Assembly: GCA_000965745.1 (NCBI GenBank)
Contig: CP009479.1
Span: 512,001-576,000 of the forward strand
DNA from: an uncultured archaeon
GTDB taxonomy: Archaea > Thermoplasmatota > Thermoplasmata > Thermoplasmatales > Thermoplasmataceae
DNA length: 64,000 nt
Direction of reading: 5' to 3'
In this document: positions 39,661 to 49,495 of the stretch, in pieces
Position numbering within the stretch: the first letter of the stretch is position 1
Layout of the letters: each line of letters opens with the position of its first letter
Position numbers and translations under genes: made by a program
The notes under the pieces: model-generated
Databases searched by the model: none
What the model saw: only the letters and a program-made list of their open reading frames with translations
What the model was told of the DNA's origin: nothing

Positions 39661-41055
39661 ATGCTCAAAGATCTTTTCAGCCCACACGCAGTGGCCATAA
39701 TAGGAGCTTCACAGGACCCCACAAAAATAGGCAATGCAATCCTCAGAAATATGATAGATTCGGGCTACAAGGGTAACATCATTCCCATAAATCCCTCGAG
39801 CCAGGAAGTTATGGGGTTGAGGTTCTACCCATCAATTGACAAAGTGGACGATACGCCGGAGCTTGCAGTGATAGCGCTCCCTGCCTCCAGGACCATTGAT
39901 GCCCTCAAAGGTTGTGTTGAAAGAGGGGTCAAATTCGTAATTATCATAGCTGGAGGGTTTTCTGAGCTTGGAAAGGAAGGCAGAGACAGGGAATTGCAAT
40001 TGCTCGACATCATCAAGGGGACTGATACCCGCATCATAGGCCCGAATACACTTGGAGTGTATTTTCCCCATATCGGTGTGAATACAGCCCTCACGTCACC
40101 GGGAAGAATGGCATTCCTGCCAAAAGGGGAGATTGCGTTCGTATCGCAGAGCGGTGCCCTTGGCCTTCTCACCATGGACGGCGTTTCTGAGTATAATGTT
40201 GGAATCTCTGCATTTCTCAATCTCGGGAACCGGGTGGACCTGAATGAGGTTGAACTCCTTGACTATTTTGCGGCAGATGAGCTGACAAAGAGCATAGTCC
40301 TATATCTGGAGAGTGTTCCGAAAGGAAGGGAATTCTTCAGCAAGGTCAAGGAGATAACCATGAAGAAGCCAGTCGTAGTCCTTAAGTCAGGAAGGACAGA
40401 GGAATCTGCTGTCGCTGCATCCCTGCATACAGGGGCCATGGCTTCTGACGATGCAGTCGTAAATGGCGCGATTTCCCAGGCAGGTGCGGTTCGGGCATAC
40501 GATGAGACCGAGATGATGGATTTTGGAAGAGTGCTGGCGTACTCAGGAAGGATCAGTGGAGACAGGATCGCCATAATCACCACAGCAGGGGGTGTTGGAG
40601 TCATCACTGCAGACTACATATCCTCTAAGGTCAATGGAATAGGCATGAGGCTTGCCAGCCTGTCAGATGAGACCAAGAGGAGAATCAGGGAAGTTGTTGT
40701 ACCGTTTGCATCAGTTAATAACCCGATTGACCTCACAGCAGATGGAAGCGTCGATAATTTCGACAAGGTAATAGGGATACTTGAAGAGGATGATGAAGTG
40801 GACGGCATAATTGCATATCCGCTTCCACAGACTCCTAAGATGGGTGTTGGAGTCGTTGATGTGATAAATAAGTACAAGGGTGGCAGGAAGCCCATTATTG
40901 TTGGAGTGCTGGGTTCCAAAATTGCCAAAGAACTCATCATAGAGTTTGAGAAGAGGAAGATTCCGGCATACCCGTCGGTCCACCGAACTGTGAAGGCTCT
41001 GGAGGCACTGCGCTCTTATAGCAGATATGTAGAGAGAAGGAGGGGTTCTAGATGA
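39661..41055 (+). CDS. acdA: Acyl-CoA synthetase (NDP-forming) alpha subunit
   Basis: AIIGAS, GPNTLG, SQSGA, phospho-His in SLHTGAMA, NPIDL. Confidence 0.9.
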   Translation: MLKDLFSPHAVAIIGASQDPTKIGNAILRNMIDSGYKGNIIPINPSSQEVMGLRFYPSIDKVDDTPELAVIALPASRTIDALKGCVERGVKFVIIIAGGFSELGKEGRDRELQLLDIIKGTDTRIIGPNTLGVYFPHIGVNTALTSPGRMAFLPKGEIAFVSQSGALGLLTMDGVSEYNVGISAFLNLGNRVDLNEVELLDYFAADELTKSIVLYLESVPKGREFFSKVKEITMKKPVVVLKSGRTEESAVAASLHTGAMASDDAVVNGAISQAGAVRAYDETEMMDFGRVLAYSGRISGDRIAIITTAGGVGVITADYISSKVNGIGMRLASLSDETKRRIREVVVPFASVNNPIDLTADGSVDNFDKVIGILEEDDEVDGIIAYPLPQTPKMGVGVVDVINKYKGGRKPIIVGVLGSKIAKELIIEFEKRKIPAYPSVHRTVKALEALRSYSRYVERRRGSR

Positions 41056-41774
41056 ATGCACAGGATGCCAGGAAGCTGATAAAGGAGGGGGGAGTTACAG
41101 AACATCTTCTCAAGGAGATGCTTGGACTATATGGAGTGTCAGTGCCAAAAGGGGTGGTCGTCAGGTCGCTGCCAGATCGGATCGACCTGAGGTTCCCGGT
41201 GGTCTTGAAAGTTTCAGACCCCGAAATTCTGCACAAGACTGAAGTCGGCGGAGTCAAGGTAGGCATATCCAGCCTTGCTGACCTTAGGGATGAGTTCTCA
41301 AAGATGTCAGGAAAATTCACTGGAAAGGATTTCCTCATAGAGGAGATGGCTGATCCCGGGGTGGAAATCATCATCGGAGTTCTTAGAGATTCCAACTTCG
41401 GGCACGTGCTGATGCTGGGAATGGGCGGCATATACACGGAACTCTACAATGATGTTGCATTCAGGCTTCTGCCCATAGAGAGAATCGATGCAGAAGAAAT
41501 GATTGAAGCTGTTGGAATAAGGAGATTTGTCGACGGCTTCAGGGGGAAAAAGATTTCAAAGCCTGACCTTGAAAACCTTCTGATCAGCATCTCTAAAATG
41601 GTTGTCGAGCTTGGGCCTGAAATAAAACAGCTCGACCTCAACCCCGTAATTCTCAGCGGGAATTCGGCGGTTGTTGCAGATGCTAAACTGTTGTCGGATA
41701 GATCGGATCAGGCCGATCAATCCTATTTTTCAACTTCTGTGAGCGGGAAATCCCCTTCCGAAAGGGAGGGATGA
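41052..41774 (+). CDS. acdB: Acyl-CoA synthetase (NDP-forming) beta subunit (ATP-grasp)
   Basis: FPVVLKV, HKTEVGGV, GMGGIYTE, LDLNPV; ATGA overlap with alpha; stop lies inside the downstream element. Confidence 0.9.
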   Translation: MNAQDARKLIKEGGVTEHLLKEMLGLYGVSVPKGVVVRSLPDRIDLRFPVVLKVSDPEILHKTEVGGVKVGISSLADLRDEFSKMSGKFTGKDFLIEEMADPGVEIIIGVLRDSNFGHVLMLGMGGIYTELYNDVAFRLLPIERIDAEEMIEAVGIRRFVDGFRGKKISKPDLENLLISISKMVVELGPEIKQLDLNPVILSGNSAVVADAKLLSDRSDQADQSYFSTSVSGKSPSEREG

Positions 41775-42002
41775 AAGTGAACCTATTTGCGTCACAAACA
41801 GATGTAATTCCTGTTCGCTGGCAGACAGAAGTGAAAGTGGTCGGATAGCATATTGCTCCATGCATGCCTGCGTCCGTAAAGTCAGGTGGCTGAGCATGGA
41901 GGACATAGTACCTTCGGGCCAAGGGGAATTCAAGCCTGTGGAGATTCCGCCAGCAACCTTTGAAGCAGGAAGCTCCCTGTGAAAGCTGGGAGAGGAGGTC
42001 AC
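41735..42002 (+). mobile_element. Non-autonomous IS200/IS605-family (TnpB-derived) miniature element; left boundary approximate
   Basis: GAAA-loop hairpins near both ends (41750-41772; 41973-41992), right end gaagcaggaagctccc...gaggaggTCAC, residual TnpB tail peptides VPSGQGEFKPVE and KQEAP; no TIR or TSD. Confidence 0.8.
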
Positions 42003-42022
42003 TAATTCGAGAGTGCCATTAC
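41856..42022 (+). ncRNA. Putative omega/reRNA scaffold plus guide from the TnpB-type right end
   Basis: Right-end sequence retained; internal hairpin ctccatgc...gcatggag; the guide would be flank taattcgagagtgccattac. 5' end is a guess. Confidence 0.4.
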
Positions 42023-43201
42023 CCCTTTGTTAAGAAGGTTGGAGTTGTATCCGAGCCCTCCAAGGCCGGTTACAAGGCCGTTTCTGCAGTCCTTTATCTG
42101 CCTCCCTTCAGCCTCACCGCGAAGCTGCTGTATTGCTTCTACGAACAGTGAGAAACCGCCTGCAGTTCCTGCCTGGCCCCCTGACAGCTGGCCTCCTCCT
42201 GTGTTCACCGGCAGATCCCCCCTGAAGCTTATATCGTTACTCTCAAGGAACTTCCCGCCTTTCCCCTTCTCCGCGAAGCCCAGTGCTTCAAGCTGCATAA
42301 GAGTGATGATTGTAAAATCGTCATACAGCTGCAGGAAATCAACTTCCTTCCTGCTTATTCCCGCCTGCTCCAGAGCACTGTCAGCAGCGTTCTTCATCCT
42401 CATGTCAGTTATGTCCCTGAGTTCATTTTTCGACTCTGTATTAAGCGCTGTCTCGAATCCTTTTATGTAGACCGGTTTGTCTGTTAGCTTCCCAGCTTCC
42501 TCTTCACTTGAGATGAGCATTGCATATCCGCCGTTTACGGGGATAACCGCGTCCATTACCCTCATAGGCGTGGCTATCACAGGAGATTTCATGTATTCCT
42601 CGACTGTGAGAGGTTTCTTCAGGTATGCGTTTGGATTCAGTAATGCGTGGTTCCTCGCAGCTATTGCCACCTCTGCCAGGTTCTCCCCGGTTGTTCCGTA
42701 CTGGTGCATGTGCCTTTTCATGATCATTGCTCCCTCACTGAGTGGGCCGATCATGCCTATTGGCATCTCATAGTTGATCTCATACCTCCAGGTTCTCTCC
42801 GGCCTGTGGGTGGACTGAGGTGGTGCCGGAATCATTGGTGAATCCGCCCCTATGAGAAGGAAATGGTCAAATCTGCCGGATGCGATTGAAAGATACGCCT
42901 GAATCATTGAAAAGAATGCAGCTGCGCCTCCATGGTCTGAAACAAACGTAAGCCCGGGTGAGAGCCCGAGATTGGCCATGACTTCGGAAGACCAGATCAT
43001 AGCGTGGGGCCACATGGGCCTGTTTAGTCCTACTCCAAACTTCATTGTTTCAAGGTCCTTTCTCTCAAGGCCCGTGTTCTGAAGAAGCTTGCTAAGTGCA
43101 AGAGCCTGATACTGCTCTGTGGTAAATGCGTCTTCGCCTTTGTCCTTCCTCCCCCTTGATGGCTTAACTATGGAATACCCTGAAACTGCAACTCTTTTCA
43201 T
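42002..43201 (-). CDS. Thiolase-fold protein lacking the catalytic Cys (Ltp2/SCP-x-like)
   Basis: ARNHALLNP, SPVIATP, QLYDDF, VNTGGGQLS; SDHGGAA where thiolases have the nucleophilic Cys. Confidence 0.88.
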   Translation of the reverse strand: MKRVAVSGYSIVKPSRGRKDKGEDAFTTEQYQALALSKLLQNTGLERKDLETMKFGVGLNRPMWPHAMIWSSEVMANLGLSPGLTFVSDHGGAAAFFSMIQAYLSIASGRFDHFLLIGADSPMIPAPPQSTHRPERTWRYEINYEMPIGMIGPLSEGAMIMKRHMHQYGTTGENLAEVAIAARNHALLNPNAYLKKPLTVEEYMKSPVIATPMRVMDAVIPVNGGYAMLISSEEEAGKLTDKPVYIKGFETALNTESKNELRDITDMRMKNAADSALEQAGISRKEVDFLQLYDDFTIITLMQLEALGFAEKGKGGKFLESNDISFRGDLPVNTGGGQLSGGQAGTAGGFSLFVEAIQQLRGEAEGRQIKDCRNGLVTGLGGLGYNSNLLNKGVMALSN

Positions 43202-43287
43202 AACGTAATGTTAAGAAACCTAAAACTCTTAAATCTTGTTATGCCGAGATTAGTGGCCTGATGCCGTGTAATCAGTGAATGACTGCC

Positions 43288-44772
43288 CTAGGGGTCAGGC
43301 GAAGCATTTTCCTCACTTTCAAGTAGTTTATGCAGTATTTTACCAAGTGAGGATTTTGGCAGCTCCGTTCTGAATTCCACGATTCGGGGAACTTTGTATG
43401 CAGATATCCTGCCCCTGCAAAACTGGACTATCTCGTCCTTTGTTGTGGAGCATTTTGGAACCACGAATGCCTTTACTGTTTCTCCGTAAATGGGATCCTT
43501 TACGCCTATAACTGCAGTTTCCCGTACACATTCATGCTCCATCAGGGTGTTTTCGACCTCCGCCCTCCATATCTTGTACCCGCCTGATATGATCACGTCC
43601 TTCGTCCTGCCCAGGAGATACACACCATCATGGTTGACGTAACCGGAATCACCTGTAATCAGGTACCCGCCGCTGGTGAACACAGTCAGGTTTTTTTCGC
43701 CGTTCTTCCAGTATCCTGACATTACCTGTGGCCCCCGTGCTGCAAGCATTCCCTGTTCTCCATCGGGGAGTATTCTGCCAGCTTCGTCAACGGATACTAT
43801 CTCAGTCCCGGGAAGCGGTTTTCCCACATAGTTCTCCCTGAAGGTGCCGAGGGGAGCCACAGTAAGCTGTGGAGAAGCCTCAGTAAGGCCCCATCCTATG
43901 TCTATATGCTTTCCGGTTTGGAGAAAGAATGAGTTTTCAATATTTTCCTGCATCTTTGCACCCGAGGAGAAGAACACCTTTACCGAAGAGAGGTCCCTCC
44001 CCGACAGTTCAGTGTTCTTTACAAGACTGCTGTAGACAGTGGGAACCCCGACAACTACTGTTGCCTTCCTTTCTTCTATTATGTCGAGCAGCGCTTCCGG
44101 ATCGAATTTCTCCATGAAAACTGCCTTTCCGCCGTTATACAGGCAGGTGTTCATGCTGCAGTTGAACCCCCCGCTGTGAGTCATTGGTAGAAACTGGACA
44201 AATGTTTCACTGTGTTTCTCGAGTGACCAGGCACTGCTCAGGCTCCTTATAACGTGAAGAATATTACTGTGAGTTAGCGGAACGCCCTTTGGAAACCCGG
44301 TTGTCCCTCCTGTGTAGAATATAACTGCAGGATCGTCCGGGTCATATGAAGGCCATTGGGACAGACCTTTCGCGGTAGGGAAGTCAAACTTCCTGTTTGA
44401 GAAAATTGTTTTCCTGCAGTATGGTGATGCGCATTCCTTTTTCTCCTCATCAATGAACTGCAATGCTGCCTCCGTGTTTTCTACAATGTATTCCAGCTCT
44501 CTTTGGCTTGACCTGTAGTCGACTGGAACTGCTATGCCGCCTGCCTTTATGATCGCGTAAAATGCAACAACGAATCTCCAGTCGCTCTTCTGAAAAATTG
44601 CAACGCGTTCCCCCTTGGAAAGTTTGCATTCACCTATCAGGTATTCAGCCAGAGCAGAAATCCTGCCAGATAACTCTCCGTAAGTCAGCGTCTCACCCTT
44701 ATCGACTATGGATACGCGATTCCTGTCACTATTTGATATTATGTCGTGCAGCAGTTGTGAATCCGGCAACAT
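43288..44772 (-). CDS. AMP-forming acyl-CoA synthetase
   Basis: YTGGTTGFPKG, GWGLTE, TGD, GRTKD, KVP, LGKI. Confidence 0.93.
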   Translation of the reverse strand: MLPDSQLLHDIISNSDRNRVSIVDKGETLTYGELSGRISALAEYLIGECKLSKGERVAIFQKSDWRFVVAFYAIIKAGGIAVPVDYRSSQRELEYIVENTEAALQFIDEEKKECASPYCRKTIFSNRKFDFPTAKGLSQWPSYDPDDPAVIFYTGGTTGFPKGVPLTHSNILHVIRSLSSAWSLEKHSETFVQFLPMTHSGGFNCSMNTCLYNGGKAVFMEKFDPEALLDIIEERKATVVVGVPTVYSSLVKNTELSGRDLSSVKVFFSSGAKMQENIENSFFLQTGKHIDIGWGLTEASPQLTVAPLGTFRENYVGKPLPGTEIVSVDEAGRILPDGEQGMLAARGPQVMSGYWKNGEKNLTVFTSGGYLITGDSGYVNHDGVYLLGRTKDVIISGGYKIWRAEVENTLMEHECVRETAVIGVKDPIYGETVKAFVVPKCSTTKDEIVQFCRGRISAYKVPRIVEFRTELPKSSLGKILHKLLESEENASPDP

Positions 44773-44845
44773 TCAGCCTACTGTGAAAATCTATTTAATT
44801 CCTTCCATGCCGGAGTATGGCAAACATTCGTTCTGATCTCCCAGT

Positions 44846-45256
44846 TCAGAGCAGCTCGAATGTTGGAAGGCCTACATCCTGGTTAACCTGAACCGGTACG
44901 GACTTGACCTTGTCTCCAATAGATGCTTCCTTGTTGCCTTCATTATTTATACGGCCATAGAGCCTGACACCTTCTTTCAGCTCAATCGATGCTATGGTGT
45001 AAGGGACTTCATCGTTGAACTCCTTGGAGTTCATGATAACCCTGTTTATGCTGGTAAGCGAGTAAATGGTGCCTTCACCTGAGCTTTCTACCCATCCAAG
45101 TTCCACAGATGAGCAGTTCACGCATATCGGCTTTGGGTAGAATTGCAGATTGCCGCATTTTGAGCATTTCTGAATGAGGAGCCTGTTTTCACTCAGGCCT
45201 TTGAAGAATTCGGAATTGACTGGGTCCAACTCAGGTAGTGGTTTGTCGCTTGCCAT
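44846..45256 (-). CDS. DUF35 Zn-ribbon/OB-fold acyl-CoA-binding protein
   Basis: QKCSKCG...YPKPICVNC, SGEGTIYS, PYTIASIELKEG. Confidence 0.92.
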   Translation of the reverse strand: MASDKPLPELDPVNSEFFKGLSENRLLIQKCSKCGNLQFYPKPICVNCSSVELGWVESSGEGTIYSLTSINRVIMNSKEFNDEVPYTIASIELKEGVRLYGRINNEGNKEASIGDKVKSVPVQVNQDVGLPTFELL

Positions 45257-45304
45257 CGTGAAAATAAACTGCTGCCTGTTTAATAATATTTGCCTTGTTG
45301 AGGA

Positions 45305-46186
45305 TTATGGCCGTCCATAATCTCCAAGGTCAACGACATTCTCAGGGTGCCCCTCGAGGAACCGCTTGACATTTTCACACGCCTTGAGAGTTGCATCTCT
45401 GAGGGTTTTTTCCGTGAACCCTCCAACGTGTGGTGTAAGCATGGCGTTTTCGGGTATAGGGACTGTCAGTTCCGGCTCACCCCACCAGACATCGGAAAAG
45501 TAGAACTTTTCGGGATTATCCTTCAGAAACTTGAGCATGTCGTCCTTATCGACGACTTCTGCCCTTGCAACATTCACAATGTAAGTGCCCTTGAACTTTG
45601 AAAGGAGGCTCCGGTTTACCATACCCCTGGTTCCCTGATTAAGGGGGGTGGACACCACAACAACGTCAGATGAGGAGAAGAGGTCTTCCGGCGTTTTCAC
45701 GAGCGCATCAAGAAAGTCGTTGTTCTTCACAGATCTGGAGTAGGCAAGAGTCTTCATGTCAAATGCCCTGGCCAGCCTGGCCACCTGCCTGCCAATCCCG
45801 CCATATCCTAGCACACCCATGCTGAGTCCTTCCAGCGTCTCAATCTGTTCCCTCTTGAAAACGCCATTCTTGGTGTCCGCCGTAAATTTGCAGATTTTTT
45901 TCATGTGCGCAAGAAGCTGTGCAAAGACCATTTCTGCCACAACGTTGGAGTATGCTCCTGCGTTGCTGCATATTGTCACCCTGTCATTTGCCCCCGAAAA
46001 ATCGAGGTGATCCACACCAGCCGATGAGGTCTGAACCAATACAGTATTCTCCTTGATTCTTAAGCGTGAAAAGCCTATGATTATCTCTCCGGCCCCGTCC
46101 CTGTCAATCGAAGTTTCAAGTCCAGTAATTTTAGAACATTTTTCAACCGTATCCCTGTCGACATTATATGTTATAGAGACTCTCAT
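45305..46186 (-). CDS. D-2-hydroxyacid dehydrogenase family protein
   Basis: SAGVDH, VAE, GYGGIG, VNVAR, DVWW.EP, TPHVGG. Confidence 0.92.
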   Translation of the reverse strand: MRVSITYNVDRDTVEKCSKITGLETSIDRDGAGEIIIGFSRLRIKENTVLVQTSSAGVDHLDFSGANDRVTICSNAGAYSNVVAEMVFAQLLAHMKKICKFTADTKNGVFKREQIETLEGLSMGVLGYGGIGRQVARLARAFDMKTLAYSRSVKNNDFLDALVKTPEDLFSSSDVVVVSTPLNQGTRGMVNRSLLSKFKGTYIVNVARAEVVDKDDMLKFLKDNPEKFYFSDVWWGEPELTVPIPENAMLTPHVGGFTEKTLRDATLKACENVKRFLEGHPENVVDLGDYGRP

Positions 46187-46280
46187 TCGTGCTCAAGATA
46201 TAAAAAAATGATAAATAATTGATCTTGAAGACCAATTAACATTGATTCTTATTCAAAGATAAAAAAAAATAGTTTATGGT

Positions 46281-47960
46281 TTACTTCGAACCATCACCGA
46301 CTACAGTGCCATCGGCTCCTGTCTGCGGTACCCTGTATGGTGCCGTATATTCCTCGTGGTAGTACTCTTCCTTGAGTCCTGATGCGACTCCCCATGGGAA
46401 GAATATCAAGGTTGTAGCGAGGAACGTAATCAGAGTCCCCCAGGTGAACGGTATGAATCCGACGTGGACACCATACATTGTTCCTGGGCCTACTGTCTTT
46501 GAGAAGAAGACAATTACCAGCAGGAATGCGAAATACATGATGTACCAGATTGAGTTCTTTACCTGTTCGAAAGCCTTGAATGGCACTCCGAATATAATGA
46601 CTCCAATAGTGATCAGGAGCATAGCATACGGGTCAGAAGGCCAGCCGCTCCAGTATACCACCAGTGATGATACACCCATGGCTATGGGCCCGTAGAGCAG
46701 TGCTCCGCGGAACTTCTGATCCTCCCTTGTTACACCCTGCCTTCTCTGGACCCACATCGCAACTGGATGTGTGGAGAACCCGAGATATCCCGCAACAGTA
46801 GCATCAACGATCACACTGTAAACGCTTGGTGCCGGCGAAGATATCATGACGGTTACTGCCCCAACAATGGCAAAGGTTATGATTGCCCAGAATGGAACTG
46901 AGTACCTCTTGTGCAGATTCTTGAAAGCGCTTCCGAGGAAACCTGATCTGCTGCTGGAGAAGAAAATTCTTGCTCCGGCTCCAGAGTATATGTATCCTGT
47001 CACGAAAGGAGCCATAAGTCCTGCAATAACTGCGAATATGAATATAATTCCAAGTCCGTTAGAGTGCGCGAGTATGAAGAACGGGTTGTCCCCATGCATC
47101 GCACCTTTCAGTCCTGCGTAGTCTCCCGGCGTCAGTCCAAGGGCGTGCCAGTTGATACTTGCAAGTATCGCAACCGCAATCGAGATGTAAATCAAAGTCT
47201 CGAAAAGAACAGTCAGACCTACCGCCTTGACAATTGCATCATTTTTCTCAACTTCGTTCTTTCTTGTCTCTCCAGCCAGATCCGGTATAACCCTGATTCC
47301 TCCGAAATCATACATTGTCAGTGGCATGATCAACAGTATTGCTACTGCGCCGTATGGCAGAAAACCGCCATACGCATGGTTCGCAAAGTTGCCGAAGTTG
47401 TGAACAACGAATATAAGCCCAAGGCCCATGGATACATAGAAGAACAGCTTGACTGCTCCAATGTACTTTGTACTCTTTCCGAACATTCCTACTCCGAAGT
47501 AATTAAACGGAGCAAATGCCAGTACCAGAGCTATTCCAACTAGAACTCCCTCTGCGGTTGGATATCCGGATGCCCCAAGTAACGGGGACCCCGGCACTAG
47601 ATAGTTTATACCATCAACGATGGACAGTGCCTCAAGAGGCGGTATAAACACATACCATATGATATCCGCGAACGAGTTAATCAAACTCGTTGTTCTTCCG
47701 TGCGAGTACAGTGAAAACCTGGAAGGCGCTCCCGCCTCAGGATGTACCCTCGCCAGTTCCATGTAGGTCAGTGCGATAGTGACGTAGATTGCTCCTCCGA
47801 ATATGAAGGCAATAATTGCGCCGGGTCCGGCCACGGTGACCATTCCCACGGCGCCAAAAAGAGCTCCGTTACCTAGAGCTCCAGCCACTCCAATAAAGAC
47901 CAACTGAACGAGAGTAAGCTCTCTCTTTAGTTGTGGTTTTTTGGATGCTGCTGATTCCAT
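46281..47960 (-). CDS. APC-family amino acid permease
   Basis: LKRELT, GALGNGALF, AGPG, YMEL, DFGG...LAGE. Confidence 0.9.
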   Translation of the reverse strand: MESAASKKPQLKRELTLVQLVFIGVAGALGNGALFGAVGMVTVAGPGAIIAFIFGGAIYVTIALTYMELARVHPEAGAPSRFSLYSHGRTTSLINSFADIIWYVFIPPLEALSIVDGINYLVPGSPLLGASGYPTAEGVLVGIALVLAFAPFNYFGVGMFGKSTKYIGAVKLFFYVSMGLGLIFVVHNFGNFANHAYGGFLPYGAVAILLIMPLTMYDFGGIRVIPDLAGETRKNEVEKNDAIVKAVGLTVLFETLIYISIAVAILASINWHALGLTPGDYAGLKGAMHGDNPFFILAHSNGLGIIFIFAVIAGLMAPFVTGYIYSGAGARIFFSSSRSGFLGSAFKNLHKRYSVPFWAIITFAIVGAVTVMISSPAPSVYSVIVDATVAGYLGFSTHPVAMWVQRRQGVTREDQKFRGALLYGPIAMGVSSLVVYWSGWPSDPYAMLLITIGVIIFGVPFKAFEQVKNSIWYIMYFAFLLVIVFFSKTVGPGTMYGVHVGFIPFTWGTLITFLATTLIFFPWGVASGLKEEYYHEEYTAPYRVPQTGADGTVVGDGSK

Positions 47961-48197
47961 TGCCGTTACATCCGGCTACCTTATAAGACTGTTTCGCAGT
48001 AAAACTTAAATAGTCATTATTTAAATTTATCTACAGAAATGGTTTTTTGATGCTCTCTCAAGCCAGTAGTCATGGTAGTCATTAATGAATTTATCCAGCT
48101 TGAAATTTGAAGCCCAATCCGGGAAAGCAACAAAAATGAATATGCTGGAAGAATTGTAAAAAATTAAGGTAATTAAAAATGGATAAGATATGTAGTT

Positions 48198-49442
48198 CTA
48201 TTTTTGTGTTTCAGGCCTGGAAATCTGGCGAGGAGGCTTTATCTGACTTATTTTCTGTATGTAGTCGTCTCCGAAGTGCATCCTGAATAGCCACTCATAT
48301 CCGCCCTTGAGGGATGACCAGTAAATTCTTTCCATGAATTTCTTTTCGACATAGTTTATTGTCGACGGAAATTTCTTTTCGACAGGCCGTTCATAGGTTC
48401 CCACAACAAAGGTCGCCTGATGGTATCCTGTCTCCATGGAACATTGCATTCTACCAGTGAAGAGATACTTGTCTGTCCCTCCCTTGTAATCCTCTATTAT
48501 GTTGCTGGCCACTGTGATGGCCTGAAGATGGGCTTCCACACCTGCTTTTGAAATAGGAATGTTCGTGTTGTCTCCTATTGAGAATGCATAATCGTAATCC
48601 TTTATGTGCATATCCCGCTTGTCTGTGATAACCCAGCCATACTTATCCACAAAATCCGATTTCTTCACAACATCCACTGTTCTGTGCGGAGGTACCAGGA
48701 TCAACTCGTCGTATTCTAGTGAGTCTCCCTCCAAAGACAGAATCTCTTTTTTCTGAGGATCAACATAGTCGAGGTTAAACCCTGTTACGATGTCTATGTT
48801 CCTGTCCTCGTACATCGGCGTTATCACTTCACTGATCGGTTCCGCAGGGTACGCCCTGAGATATGGAGTTACAAACGTGATTTCTACCTTTTCCCTCATT
48901 TTGCGTTTGGCAAAGAATTCGTCAGCCATGAATGCGCCCTCGTTTGGTGAGGGGGGGCATTTGTACGGGAGACCTGCGATGCCGACGACTATCTTTCCAG
49001 ATTTAACCCTGGACATTCTCTCGTAAAGCTCAGCAGATTTTGAGGCGTTGGTATGAAAGTCATGATTAGCTTCGGAAAGGCCGGGGATCTGGCCGGGGTC
49101 TGTCAAACACCCGGTTGCAACAACAATGGTGTCGAAATTATACCTGTTCACGCTTTTTTCAGTTATGACATACCGGTTTTCTATGTCTATAACTGAACAG
49201 TTCTCATGAACGAGCTTCACACCCGGATAGATCAACTGGGTCAGTGACCTCTGCATCCTGCTCGGCCGGGAACCCCTGAATGCCACTCCCAGGTATCCCG
49301 GTTGAAATTCATGGTTTTGCGAACCATCAAAAATTGTTATGGAAATCCGGCCATTCCTCAACTCGTCTCCCATTTCCTTGGCAAGTTTGCTTGCCAGTAT
49401 AAGGCCTCCTGCCCCTCCGCCAACTATCGCAATATCGTTCAT
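48198..49442 (-). CDS. sqr: Sulfide:quinone oxidoreductase family flavoprotein
   Basis: IVGGGAGG, FQPG, VATG, KCPPSP.E, IGD, SKAG, second Cys in QCSMETG. Confidence 0.85.
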   Translation of the reverse strand: MNDIAIVGGGAGGLILASKLAKEMGDELRNGRISITIFDGSQNHEFQPGYLGVAFRGSRPSRMQRSLTQLIYPGVKLVHENCSVIDIENRYVITEKSVNRYNFDTIVVATGCLTDPGQIPGLSEANHDFHTNASKSAELYERMSRVKSGKIVVGIAGLPYKCPPSPNEGAFMADEFFAKRKMREKVEITFVTPYLRAYPAEPISEVITPMYEDRNIDIVTGFNLDYVDPQKKEILSLEGDSLEYDELILVPPHRTVDVVKKSDFVDKYGWVITDKRDMHIKDYDYAFSIGDNTNIPISKAGVEAHLQAITVASNIIEDYKGGTDKYLFTGRMQCSMETGYHQATFVVGTYERPVEKKFPSTINYVEKKFMERIYWSSLKGGYEWLFRMHFGDDYIQKISQIKPPRQISRPETQK

Positions 49443-49495
49443 TTTAACTCACTCCCTCTTTTTATATGGGCATAGTAGAGGACTGGGGTGATTTT

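Noticed and set aside
48010-48085. Three tagtcat copies upstream of the APC permease as an operator
   Set aside because: Short AT-rich motif, irregular spacing, not clearly repeated at other island promoters
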